Positions 48,631 to 60,575 of a stretch of DNA of 64,000 bases are shown here, one piece after another. The notes beneath the pieces were generated by a model. It was not told the DNA's origin. It saw only the letters and a list, made by a program, of their open reading frames with translations, and made no database searches. The stretch comes from Schmidtea nova. Its lineage: Eukaryota. How positions within the stretch are numbered: position 1 is the first letter of the stretch; every line of letters begins with the position of its first letter. The position numbers and the translations under genes are program-made. The stretch lies in NCBI GenBank assembly GCA_044892505.1, contig CM097882.1:250480001-250544000 (forward strand), read 5' to 3'.

Positions 48631-50302
48631 TTTGATAGTCATTAAGCATTTGCTGTCATATTTGCACAAACAATTCATTGTCAATTTCTCATCAACCCGC
48701 TCTAACATCAGTACTATTAATTTACAGCATAATTCATTGTAATTGACAACAATTTCCATTGTCATGTCATCTGACAAATCAGACATAACCTCACGTAATG
48801 GTTCACATTCGATTGAAGAGATTATATCAAAACTGTTGGATATCGAATCAAATGATTCTTGTAGATATTTCGTTCTAGTCAATCTACGGAATTGTTGATT
48901 GTTTTCCGCAATAGTCGATAAACATTTGAAGCATATCCTCAATAGTTTATAATCAGCTGTTTTTATGAAGCATTCATAGTATCTATCATGAGCACACATC
49001 ATAGAATCCATAATTTATAATTTAGTATTATAGTTTTGAATTAAAGTGTCAAAGGTACTTTTGAATGGAATAAATATATCTCTTTATTTAGTTATTAAAA
49101 AATTCAATAATTCAGATATCTTTTAAATTTTATTTCAAGTAACTAATATATTTTTTTACAATTTATCGTGCGTGGTATCCGCTTAACATCATATTTTAAA
49201 CAACTTTTAATTTATAAAAATAACAAAATATTCAGTATTACAAAATTTTTACATATATAATTACACAACATTAAATATAAATAAGACAAGGCATTAAATG
49301 ATAATCACATCTCTAATCAAAGTATGTAATATTATCATCAACAAACAGATTAGTTTATTTAATCAAAATTAGTAATTATTAATTCAAACAGACACAAATA
49401 AACACATACAGTGAAAAATATATCCAAACATTACTAACGAGAGCTATTATGGTGCATAAAATATACAATGAAACAAGAGATACATCGACATAATAATAAA
49501 GACTCCAAAACACTATTTGATGGATTGGTGTGACCACAGAACATTACAGAGGGCGACCACAGTTGAAACCCAAACGAATTGTTCAATAGCATCTCAACCG
49601 GTGCAGGTAGTTGAAAAGACATCATCTACTAATTCGACGAAAAGAAAGCCATAGAAACGAAATCGGCTTGGTGCCAAAAAACGAGGGAGCGAAGTGCGTT
49701 TGCTGAAAGATTGCATATTTAAGTAGATTTACTAAGTGGGCTATCTGAGTGCCAACTAATAAATCTGATAGACACTAGTGTATTTTTAAAATAACTGAAC
49801 TTTGATGTGGGTGAAATGTTAGTTATTAGTCAAGCTGGGGGTTATAGCTTTTTATGTTGGCGGGATTACCCTAATTTTTACATTAAACAAATGTTTAATA
49901 TCGCCACCAACACTTCAACAGGATTATGACTGCCAACCATTCACGAGAATGGCGGTGAACAATAATCAAAAGTATGATATTTATGATGTATATGGAATAT
50001 TATACGTGGCATCTACCCTTATTTTAATAATCGCCCTGGACGATAGGGTTTTGGCAGTTAGTTTTGACCTAAACAAGTTGAAAATAAGAAAACAGAAATT
50101 AAAAACGCAATACGCAATTGCAAATGGTTATAGTACAACTGAAGTACACCTTTACTATGTTCCTGGACCAGGTCACGATGACCTGGACTTCTAACCAATT
50201 CAAGTTGCCTACCAACAACGCCACAGAATAAATGTGTAAATACAACAGACTTTATCATATGTGATTCATTTGACCTTAATTTTTGATCAATGTGATTTTT
50301 AA

Positions 50303-50614
50303 CCCTTTCGCGGACGCACTTTTTTAGTTGAGGTTCCCAGAACGTCACTTGCCACATCTTTTTTACTAATAAATATTATTACCTTATTACCAAACACAAT
50401 CTAATCCAAACACAATCTAATTTTATTACCAAAAAAAATAATATGACTTTTCACTGGGACACTAAATGCACACAATTCATATGAACTCATATATTTCGTG
50501 GCGTGTATAGCCGTCATGATTTTATTAGCAAAATAATTTTTGACGTGTATACACGTCATGTCCCAACAGAACGCAGTAGTATGACGTGTATACACGTCAT
50601 TGTCCGCGAAAGGG
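50303..50614. mobile_element. piggyBac-type MITE (312 bp), parent of the 82-bp form
   Basis: Same TIRs, TTAA at 50299-50302 and 50615-50618. Contains the 20-bp palindrome ATGACGTGTATACACGTCAT. Confidence 0.92.
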
Positions 50615-52139
50615 TTAAATTTACCTTGGACATTTATTATATTTCTTATTCTTGTAAATATATAACTGACTTTTATTTGATCATTTTATGTTTTATTGTA
50701 ATATGTTTGAAATATGTTTTTTGTTGAAAAAACTAGGATGCAGTCGTCTTGTAGTATTGTTTTCGTGACGAAAATATTTTAGGGAGTAAGACTTGTTAGA
50801 GATAGGGCCTTAGCCTTAAACAAAAGAATTAAATATTACCAAAAATAGAATTATCATAATAATAGAGATAAATTATTAGTTAAAATAAAAATGAACCTTG
50901 GTAAATTACTAAAAATAGAATTAATCTATCTTTGGTAATTATAAATTAAGATCACCCTATATAAAGTAATTTGGTTATTACCAAAAATAAAAATAATATT
51001 TTAATAAATAATATAAATAGTTCAAAACATAAAACGGGGACAATATTTTAAAGTAAGCACAGAAATAATTTTTAGAAGGAACAATAAGAAAATTCATAGT
51101 ACAAAGTACTTTTTTGAAATAAAAAATCAATGGATTATTAATAAAGGATTTGGAAACCGCTGTTTTGTGAGTTAACTTTACGAAAATCGCTATTTCAACA
51201 AGTAGGAAATCTTAAGTTTAGTCTTGAGAGAACTAAAACTCAAGCATCAAGAGAAACACAAATGGAACACCTGGATAGTAAGAATTCGTATAAATATCAA
51301 GCAAAATTCTTTATTTGGGGGAAGAAGAGACAGAAAAAAATAATTTGAAGTTTCAGAAACAAAGTAATTCTTATTATTTTAATAAATTAATCTAAAGAAA
51401 AGGTATTATTATCCTTTTGGGGTTTTTCTTAAAATAAAGCGAATACAAAGTAGGGTTCTGTGCTTTTGTAATCTTTGGGTGTGCCAATATCATTCTATCT
51501 TGCTTAACCATTTTCTGTTAAATTATTTGAGCGATCGTTGTGCTACATAGGAGCCAACAATTTCTCGCAGGCTGCGACAAACAGCAAGGATTATTAAATT
51601 AAACTCTTGTATGTTTCTTTCAGTATAAATACATTATAAATTTGATTTGAGAAAACAGTTTTTGAAAAATAAAGTTTTTTTACTAAATTTGACATAATAA
51701 ATAATACAAGCAACCACACGAAGTATATTAATAATTATATTTATATTTATTTGTATTTACCTTTATTAGGAGTAAACTTGTGTTAAGATTCATAACCCCG
51801 ACTTTTTGATCTTAACATAATGTTAATTTTTTTATTTAATTTTACTATAAAAACACATTTTAATGTATCCATCAAAATGACGGGTTTCGGTGAAAATAGG
51901 TATACTATTTTGTCCCTAAATCTAGTATTAAGTACCTGTGTACAACGCGCAGATACGAAGATGGTCAAGAGTCAAAAAAATAAAACGAAAAAATAAAATT
52001 TGAGACATCAGTTTCATAAGAGTTTGAATCACAGAAATAAAGTCCCGGTCAATGTGCAGAAATAAAATTTGAAAGATATACAAAAGAAAATCCCACTGGA
52101 TTTATATGTTAACTACATTTAACCTGCTACTTGGATCAA

Positions 52140-52420
52140 AATAGATGATGATACGCGACAAATTTTTATAGAACATGGACCAGAACAAGTTGAACAGTTT
52201 ATTTTTCCTTGAAATTTCATTATAGCCACAGGGTTGTAAATGGAAAAGAAATTAATCGACAATGGCCGCCGTTTTCCTAAAGAAATGACTCTGTTTATAG
52301 TTTCTGCTGTAAGCTGTCTACAAGTATCATAATATATTAGATCCGTTATTTGGATCAGTTAGCCACTTCACACTAATCTATGGCTAATGATATTCAGAAA
52401 ATACCAGTCAATCAGCTTTG
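52140..52420 (+). pseudogene. Degenerate ZMYM1/TTF-zinc-finger hAT fragment
   Basis: IEHGPEQV...FP...NGKEINRQW...DSVYSFCCKL resembles the GP...FP...NGE...RxWLxYS...xFCFCCKLF N-terminus. Frameshifted. Confidence 0.6.
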
Positions 52421-53417
52421 TAATATTTTTAAATGATTCCAATAATTTAAGTTATGTAATGATTTTGAGAGATCTTACATGTATGTTTGTGTCATCTTTC
52501 GTTCTCGCTCTTCAGGGCATAAAACTGTGTCAAAAGTTCAAGTTTAGTTAGTTACTTGACAAACGTTATCCCTTGTATTTCTGCTAATGGTGACTTGATG
52601 CCACCTTTTATAATTGTGAAAGGACAACGTTTGTCTCCTGATTTTATTGAAACTGTGACAAAAAGTATGGAATCGCATTTACAAGATCTGCATATATTGA
52701 CAAATTAACATTTGTTAAATTTCTTTTTCATTTTCAAAAGAACAGTTTTTACTTAGTAACCATGATTTATTACAGCTTTATACAAAATTGCAAAATTTTA
52801 GTAAATTTCTTTAAAATTATTTTTTTTCGTTAATTTTATAAACCCTGAAAGTGAAAAAATGATTCTGCTATTTAAAAAACATGCTATGCTTATTTTTTGA
52901 AAAACGCTACCTTGAACATTATAATGAAAAATGTCACTGTCAAATGTCGATTTTCAAATGAATATTTTTTAAAAATCAATCAAGATAACCCTTCAATCAA
53001 ACAATCTATCCAATCCGAAGAACAGTATCACCCTTATGACATTGACATTTGATATCATTTTTAATATATGTATATTATATATGTGACATTGACATTTGAT
53101 GATATATCTTATGTATAATATGTATATTATATTTGATTTATTTCGATTTATAATTGAAATATTTTGTGTATATCATAACTGTTATTGTTTTATAATTTTT
53201 ATGGGTTTATTTTAAGTAAATTTTCAGTATATTTATTACGATTAATTTTTAATTGTTTACAAATGGATTTTGTTGAGTAATAGAAATTAAAAGAGTAACA
53301 GACTGGCAGGTATTGGGAAATGTCTTTGAAAGTACTTATCATCTACAGGTAAGAAAGTCTCAAACTCGGCGTAAAAAACAAAAGGTGGAAAAAATGTTTT
53401 TCCCCAATTACTAATTT

Positions 53418-53651
53418 TCAAATTTTTATTCCTAGGTATATAGTATAAATAGTTTTGCCAAATTGATTTTTAGCACACAACTGTTGATGACAATCGAATG
53501 CTTCATGTTTTTGAAATTCATTCAAGCATCGATGACACCATATACTTTGAATACGAATGTGTGAAATTGTACGATTATCAAGATTCAAAAGCCTATCAAG
53601 ATCGGTGACTGCAATATAATGAGATACATCACCCCTTTCCAATAAAATCAA
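53418..53651 (-). pseudogene. Polinton pPolB N-terminal fragment from a diverged copy
   Basis: LLERGDVSHYIAVTDLDRLL...WCHRCLNEF...HQQLCAKNQFGKTIY aligns with LLEKKDNFHYLAITDLNRFL...WCTRCLNGF...HKGLCTKNQLGTTLY in ORF 62036-63340. Confidence 0.85.
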
Positions 53652-54826
53652 ACTAATAGGAGTACTACCTACTGTATCTGACGGGGACAGATCCTACTAC
53701 TATGCAATTAACATAATACTTTAAGAAACAATTAACATGACTTGTACAAGGAAATTTTAGTATATAAGAGAATCACAAAATCTTAAAATTGCCCATAAAA
53801 TTTTTAGAACCCCAGTTCTACTAAATTTAGCGCAACAACTTTTCTCGAAGGGTAATCCTAAGAGAAATTAATATCAAGGACAGCAGAAAAAGTCCAGCAT
53901 CTTTAAAAACAAATAAAATAACAAGCATAAAATAACATGCAACCCTTAAGACATATTCATATCAAATAATTGATAAAAAACTCAAACTTTACGGCACCTG
54001 GTATAATTGTGAGTGTTAAATTTCGAGTTCAGTGTATATCGAAAAATTTTATTATTAAATATACATTATCAAAAAACTTGACTTATTATTATATACATAG
54101 ACATCACCAGTGCACACTCTAAAAATATATGACCCCAACAAATATATTTACTAATAATGTTTGTGAATAATGTCAAAGATCAGTTTTGTTAGCTTTTATA
54201 GGTGACAACACGAAGCCATTGCTTATGGAAGATTTCAAAATAAAATCAATTACAGACGAATAAATGCATATGATTTATATAATATTCTTTTAAAATTTAT
54301 TCAAATTCCTTTAGGGTTTTATAAAATTTGAGATTTATACTAATATTAATTGTATTTAATAGGAAATAGAATCAAATTAGATAAAATAATATTAATATAG
54401 AAAATATAACTTACAGAGTGAAATAATTCAAAATAATTAATGAACGCGAAACATAAATCACATTACAATTTCTTACAATTTGGTTTTGAAATTTGTAAAA
54501 ATAGTGCTATTTAAAACAAATAACACTTCATTTACTTTATAAAATTAGTGTCCATGTTGAAAGTTTTAAATAATCGTATTTAATAAAATTTTATTTTTAG
54601 ATTATTTAGATAACTTTATAATTTAGTTATTAGATTTCTTAGTTAAAATTCTATTATATAATTTCATAAGTTGCTTTTACTTATTTTATTTACTTAACCA
54701 TATCATTTTTGAATAAGTAAGCTGAATAAGTTTCCTCGTTTCAATAAATGGCTTTAATTAATGAGTGTGATGGGCAAATCTTTACATTATGTTTAGTTAT
54801 TTTTACGACTTAGTTATTATTAGTGT

Positions 54827-56391
54827 TTGATACCAAGTCTGTCTTCAGCAATACTAATGAAGTTCAACTTCCCTCGACTCATCCATCTTTATCGCACAAA
54901 ATATACTCGTGCGATCGGAGATAAAGTTGGATCACTGCTTGTCAAAACACCTTTCAAGAAAAACCAAAAGTGCCGGGAAACTTTCACTGACCATGCAAAA
55001 GCGCCGTACCATTTACGATCAGTTGAAACAGCAAAAACTCTTCGTGTTATCAACAAAAATTCTGAAATAACCATTGAAAGACTATTGACGATGCAGAAAG
55101 AACTTGAACGAAAGCAGAATTTTGTTCTTTTGAAAGGAATTTTTGACACCATCAATTATCTCGCTCGACAGTCGTTACCATTCCGAGGACACAGATATTC
55201 TGGTGGGATCTTCAACGACCAAAAAGGCATCAACGACGGAAACTTCAGAAATCTGATTAGACTTCTTGTTTCGAGGGACGAGTTTTTCCGGAATGCATTA
55301 GAAAATTCGCCGAAAAATGCTACCTACTTAAGTAGTACAATGCAGAATGAAATAATCGTCATGATGAATGAGATTGCGTTGACGAAGATTCTTCAGAAAG
55401 TGAAAAAGTCCGAATTCTTCTCTATTCTTGCCGACGAGTCATCGGATGTTTCCGGAATAGAACAAATGTCGATTGGACTCCGTTTCATCGACATTGATGA
55501 CGGAAATATTGTTGAAGCGTTTTTAATGCTCACAGATTTGGGCAATGTCATTGCCAAAGGACTTACTGACTCATTGTTAAGCGGAGCAAAAACGATGAAG
55601 CTACGAATGCAAAAGTGTCGAGGAATTGGATTTGATAATGCAAGAGTGATGAGTGGAGAGAAATCAGGGGTTTCGGCAATAGTTCGCCATCAATTTCCTT
55701 TAGTTACTTACGTACATTGCTTCAGTTATCGATTGAACTTGGTCATTGGAGAAAGTTGCAAAGTAAAGCAGATAACTCTGTGTCTTAGCACAAATAAAAT
55801 TATCTACAACTTCTTAAACTCACCGAAAAAACAAGTTGAATTTGGCAAATCTATCGAGAAAACAACACCGGAAACTGCTAGGAGAAAGCTAGAGAACACT
55901 TGTGAAACGCGCTGGGTTGAATTAGTCGAGAACTCAAAGAAAAATTTCGAGAAAACACAGTGCTAGCAAATTTCAAAAATCTTATGTTCAACCCTAAAAG
56001 AATGTTAAGCGGCGAAGTTCAGAATAGTCTTCAGCAACTTTACCATTTCTACACAGAAGATTTGAACGGATCACTGCAGATGTTTTTCGGTGAAGTTGAG
56101 ATGTGGCAGAAAAGACTGGGAAATGCAACTGTAAAACCACAAACTGCGATGGACCACCTAAAAACACGCCCTCAAGATATGTTTCCTAACGTGTTCCAAT
56201 TACTGAAAATCTATAATGTGATTCCTGTAACAACCGCTGACGTCGAACGCTCTTTCAGCAAAATGAAACAACTTAAAACGGACGACAGAAACACGACAGG
56301 AGAGGACGTAGAGAGCGCACAAGAATTAAATTTAAAATTCTTTGGGCTAAAACACGAAATAAAACATAGTAATCACAAAACTCAGAAATAA
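54827..56391 (+). pseudogene. ZMYM1-like (DUF4371) hAT transposase, internally deleted
   Basis: LPFRGH...GNF, NATYLSSTMQNEII, FSILADESSDVS, FDNARVMSG, HCFSYRLNL, CETRW, then FPNVFQLLKI...VTTADVERSFS. Confidence 0.9.
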
Positions 56392-58134
56392 TTAAATAAA
56401 ACACGTTTAAAAAAATAAAATGAACAAAAGCACATCAAATATACACGTTAAAAAACACAGACATAACATAAAAACATCAATTATAGAAAAATTACCAATT
56501 AGAAAAAATTGACATATTTTTAGAAGGAAAATTTCAATATTTATCTTAAAAACTCATAAAATATGAAAGAAAATGGTTTTAGATAAAAAATTTAGTAAAT
56601 TAAACTAAACTAGAAAAAACTTAAATTCAAAATTAAAATTTTGGATTAAAAATAAGTTATTTAAAGTTTTATTAAAATTTTATACAAAAATAATAACTTA
56701 ATTTTGCGTAACATTGTTAAATTTAATTTTGGAAGAATCGAAAATTCCTTCTAGAACAATTTATTTTATTGCATCAACGAAAACAACATACAAAAGCTCT
56801 TATATATATACCCCCATTAAAATCATAATCGTCAGACTTTCGTTCAACCAACTGGCAAAAATTCCATTTCAACGAAAATAAATTTTTAAAGAAGCCTACG
56901 AACAACCAACTGGGAGAATCTCTTCGGGTGGATCACTATTTGTCATTTTCGAGCAGTCAAAACATCATTGTGAACCTGAACTGTGCTTCCCGATTTCCGA
57001 GGAGCGATAAGAAAATCCTAAACTTGGTCTGATTTACCTAGTCAGAGTCTTAGAAGATACACCGAGCACCCAACATACCGAAAGCAATACTCAAACTTTC
57101 CCATCTTTCAAATGTAAAAATCTTCTATTATGCAAACGTGGGTTGATTGGTCATACCCGTTGATAACTCACGTGAGGTACTTTAGCTTATGTTTGATATT
57201 TTATTATGCTCGTATATTTTAATTTTAATGTCATAATTATTCTGTTTATTTTAATGTGATTAATAATAATATTTTCATTTTAGAAATATAATTTTTCATT
57301 ATTATTTTTATTCAAGGAAATTACTCTAGTCACCATTTTTCCCATAAAAATTAGCAAATTCTTAAATGATATTATATTCACATTATATTTGTTAAATAAA
57401 ATTGTCTTTTCTTCCATACTATCTGAAGTCAGTTCGGCCCATGAGCTGTGCTGACGGAAGAAGCCTGAGTAGATCGATGTTCAGTTGAGACCATCAAAGA
57501 ACCAGCCCATATATCTATTCAAGGTGAAGCCCATCCATCCATGATCACTTCATCCCATACTTTGATTTTGGTGAAAAGTGGCTTGACCAAGGGCAAGGTT
57601 GTTATAATAATGATGTAGAATTATAATAATGTATCTTATCTGAATTATATAAATCATTACATATTTTATATGCGATATGATACTTAAAGATACAAGTAAA
57701 TAATTCATTTAATAAAGTATATGTATATACATTGATACCAATCTACATAACACTCACAATTATCCAAAAGCTCTGACACAATAAAAGTCATCGAAAATGT
57801 GCATCTATCTCGTAAATCCCCATCGCTCACATGAACTCCTTCTTCACCTCACCATAAAATAAATCGCAAGGTCATCTAGAAAATCGATATCATGATAAGC
57901 TCTTAATTCACAATTCGAAGTGTAATAGAAATGATAAGACTGTATCATATCTTTAGATTATATTTGATATTATTCAGTCGAACTTTACCTTAATCGAAGG
58001 ATTATTCCTAAAAAACTTTTAATTTTTCGATCAAATATTTTGGGCATGTAAAATTTCCAAATAGATTACCACGAAGAATTAATGTATATTTTGTTTGGAA
58101 AGTTCACATACGATTAAAAATAGTTATGGAAATG

Positions 58135-59075
58135 AGTAGGTAGATGTGTGGAGCCGGGAACAAAGACATTATGACTCATTGCGTGGGCGGAAAAAAAGAA
58201 CAAAGACCCCCTCACCCCCCGGGGGTAGAAATTTTTTTGATGAGTCATCGATGAGTCATCGATGAGTCATACTTTTTTGATGAGTCATCGACGAGTCATA
58301 CTTTTTTTTCAAATTTTTTTTTCGTGCCAAAAATTTTTTTCAAAATTTTTTTTGCGCCAAAAATTTTTTTTCAAAATTTTTTTTTCGCGCCAAAAATTTT
58401 ATTTTAAGTCAAATTTTTTTTAGACAATTTTTTTTAAGACAAAATTTTTCAAATTTTTTTTTTAAGTCAAATTTTTTTTAGACAAATTTATTTTTTTCGA
58501 CAAATATTTTTTTTACACCAATTTTTTTTTTACAAAAATTTTTTTTTTTTAAGACAAATTTTTTATTACACAAAATTAGAGTCATCAAAAATATTTGCAA
58601 ACTAAACAAAGACATTGTTGTATGTGTGCATGTTTAATTAATTAGTATTTGTCAAGTATGCAGCTTTTGCACATCAAAACCATCACAGAAGAGGTTCTGC
58701 TTCCAGGGTTCTGATCGCAATGTTCTGCTACTAATGTTGTTATTTATTCATTTAATTATTTCACAAATTATTATCTTTCAAACTAAACAAAGACATTGCA
58801 AGTTAACAAGGACTTTGCAACACGCGTGCAACATGAACAAAGACATTGCAATACACATGCAAACTAAACAAGGACTTTGCAACATGCATGCATGCAAACT
58901 AAACAAAGACATTGCAACACACATGCAACACTTTGCAACACATGTGCAAACTAAACAAGGACTTTGCAACACGCATGCAAACTAAACAAAGACATTGCAA
59001 CATGCATGCAAACTAAACAAAGACATTGCAACACACATGCAACACTTTGCAACACATGTGCAACATAAACAAAGA
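58135..59075 (+). repeat. Probable Polinton terminal/subterminal region with tandem repeats
   Basis: Starts AGTAGGTAG. GATGAGTCATC tandem units at 58240-58300, T-rich units, and a CAAACTAAACAAAGACATTGCAACAC...minisatellite at 58780-59075. Lies just past the 3' end of pPolB. Opposite TIR not in window. Confidence 0.5.
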
Positions 59076-59349
59076 NNNNNNNNNNNNNNNNNNNNNNNNN
59101 NNNNNNNNNNNNNNNNNNNNNNNNNNNNNNNNNNNNNNNNNNNNNNNNNNNNNNNNNNNNNNNNNNNNNNNNNNNNNNNNNNNNNNNNNNNNNNNNNNNN
59201 NNNNNNNNNNNNNNNNNNNNNNNNNNNNNNNNNNNNNNNNNNNNNNNNNNNNNNNNNNNNNNNNNNNNNNNNNNNNNNNNNNNNNNNNNNNNNNNNNNNN
59301 NNNNNNNNNNNNNNNNNNNNNNNNNNNNNNNNNNNNNNNNNNNNNNNNN
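59076..59349. other. Assembly gap
   Basis: N run. Confidence 0.99.
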
Positions 59350-59535
59350 ACCTTTGATCTTTTTTTATTATTATTATCAATAATTCTCATAATGACTATA
59401 GATCAAAATTTTTTTTTATATAAACAATAACACAAAATTTCGTGAAATACACACTTGATAAAGGCTGTGCCGAAATATTGTGTTATTGTTTATATAAAAA
59501 AAAATTTTGATCTATAGTCATTATGAGAATTATTG

Positions 59536-59560
<25 letters not shown>
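59350..59560 (+). repeat. Third copy of the hairpin end of the 32339-33724 family, followed by (AAT)n
   Basis: Same sequence as 32362-32561 with a short deletion in the left arm. Confidence 0.88.
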
Positions 59561-59576
<16 letters not shown>

Positions 59577-59606
59577 TATAACTACTTGTAATAATAATAT
59601 TAATAT

Positions 59607-59946
59607 NNNNNNNNNNNNNNNNNNNNNNNNNNNNNNNNNNNNNNNNNNNNNNNNNNNNNNNNNNNNNNNNNNNNNNNNNNNNNNNNNNNNNNNNNNNNNN
59701 NNNNNNNNNNNNNNNNNNNNNNNNNNNNNNNNNNNNNNNNNNNNNNNNNNNNNNNNNNNNNNNNNNNNNNNNNNNNNNNNNNNNNNNNNNNNNNNNNNNN
59801 NNNNNNNNNNNNNNNNNNNNNNNNNNNNNNNNNNNNNNNNNNNNNNNNNNNNNNNNNNNNNNNNNNNNNNNNNNNNNNNNNNNNNNNNNNNNNNNNNNNN
59901 NNNNNNNNNNNNNNNNNNNNNNNNNNNNNNNNNNNNNNNNNNNNNN
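59607..59946. other. Assembly gap
   Basis: N run. Confidence 0.99.
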
Positions 59947-60045
59947 CTTATAAAAAAAGTAAAAATAATAACTTATAAAAAATTAACAAAAAAATAATTC
60001 ATTAGTTTTAATTGATTGCGCAATTTATTACAATCAAAATGTATT

Positions 60046-60061
60046 GGCCCTAAAGAGGGCC
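60046..60061 (-). promoter_or_regulatory. Histone-type 3' stem-loop (distal)
   Basis: Minus strand AAT-GGCCCT-CTTT-AGGGCC-AATA: 6-bp stem and 4-nt loop. Confidence 0.7.
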
Positions 60062-60358
60062 ATTATTTCGTGCACATTCTGTTTTTTGGTTTCGGAATAT
60101 TTTCATCATTTGTTTCTGTTTATTTTCCTCATTTGTTTTGGATTATTTTTTCATCATTTGTTTCGGATTATTTTTTATTATTTGTTTCGGATTATTTTCT
60201 TCATCATTTGTTTCTGTTTATTTTCATCAGTTGTTTCGGATTATTTTCATCATTTGTTTCCTTTCATTATCAGTTTTCTTTTCGGTTTCTGTAATCTTTT
60301 TTTTTTTCTTTATCTGTAAGCTAAAATTTATTAATATTTGTTTACAATCATAAATTGT

Positions 60359-60374
60359 GGCCCTGAAGAGGGCC
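60359..60374 (-). promoter_or_regulatory. Histone-type 3' stem-loop (proximal to pPolB)
   Basis: Minus strand CAATC-GGCCCT-CTTC-AGGGCC-ACAA, with canonical flanks, 118 nt after the pPolB stop. Confidence 0.78.
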
Positions 60375-60492
60375 GATTGTGCATTCTCATATCTTTTTTT
60401 TTTCTTTTTTGGTTTTTTGAATTATTTTTTTTTGATTTTTTCTTTTCAATTTATCATTCTCGTCCTTGCCATCATCATCATCATTCTTGCCA

Positions 60493-60543
60493 TCATCCGA
60501 AATAATCCCGAGCCGTCGGGTCATAGAAATCGTAGGGGTCATC

Positions 60544-60575
<32 letters not shown>

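Larger units (their letters stand above)
46371..49546. mobile_element. 3.2-kb foldback with ~1.04-kb inverted arms, flanked by a 205-bp direct duplication
   Basis: Arms 46371-47494 and 48512-49546, spacer 47495-48511. Direct repeat 46166-46370 = 49548-49752. Confidence 0.85.

Noticed and set aside
57420-57600. DIRS-like or RT-like translation of the 8080-8420 / 56900-57600 repeat
   Set aside because: Only vague similarity in stop-ridden frames, and the two copies favour different frames.
58734-59075. Cys/His-rich ORFs resembling metal-binding proteins
   Set aside because: Translations of a stop-free minisatellite.
60359-60390. CTGAAGA at 60363 as a hammerhead core
   Set aside because: No stem II plus GAAA follows. 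The bases form the histone-type stem-loop on the other strand.
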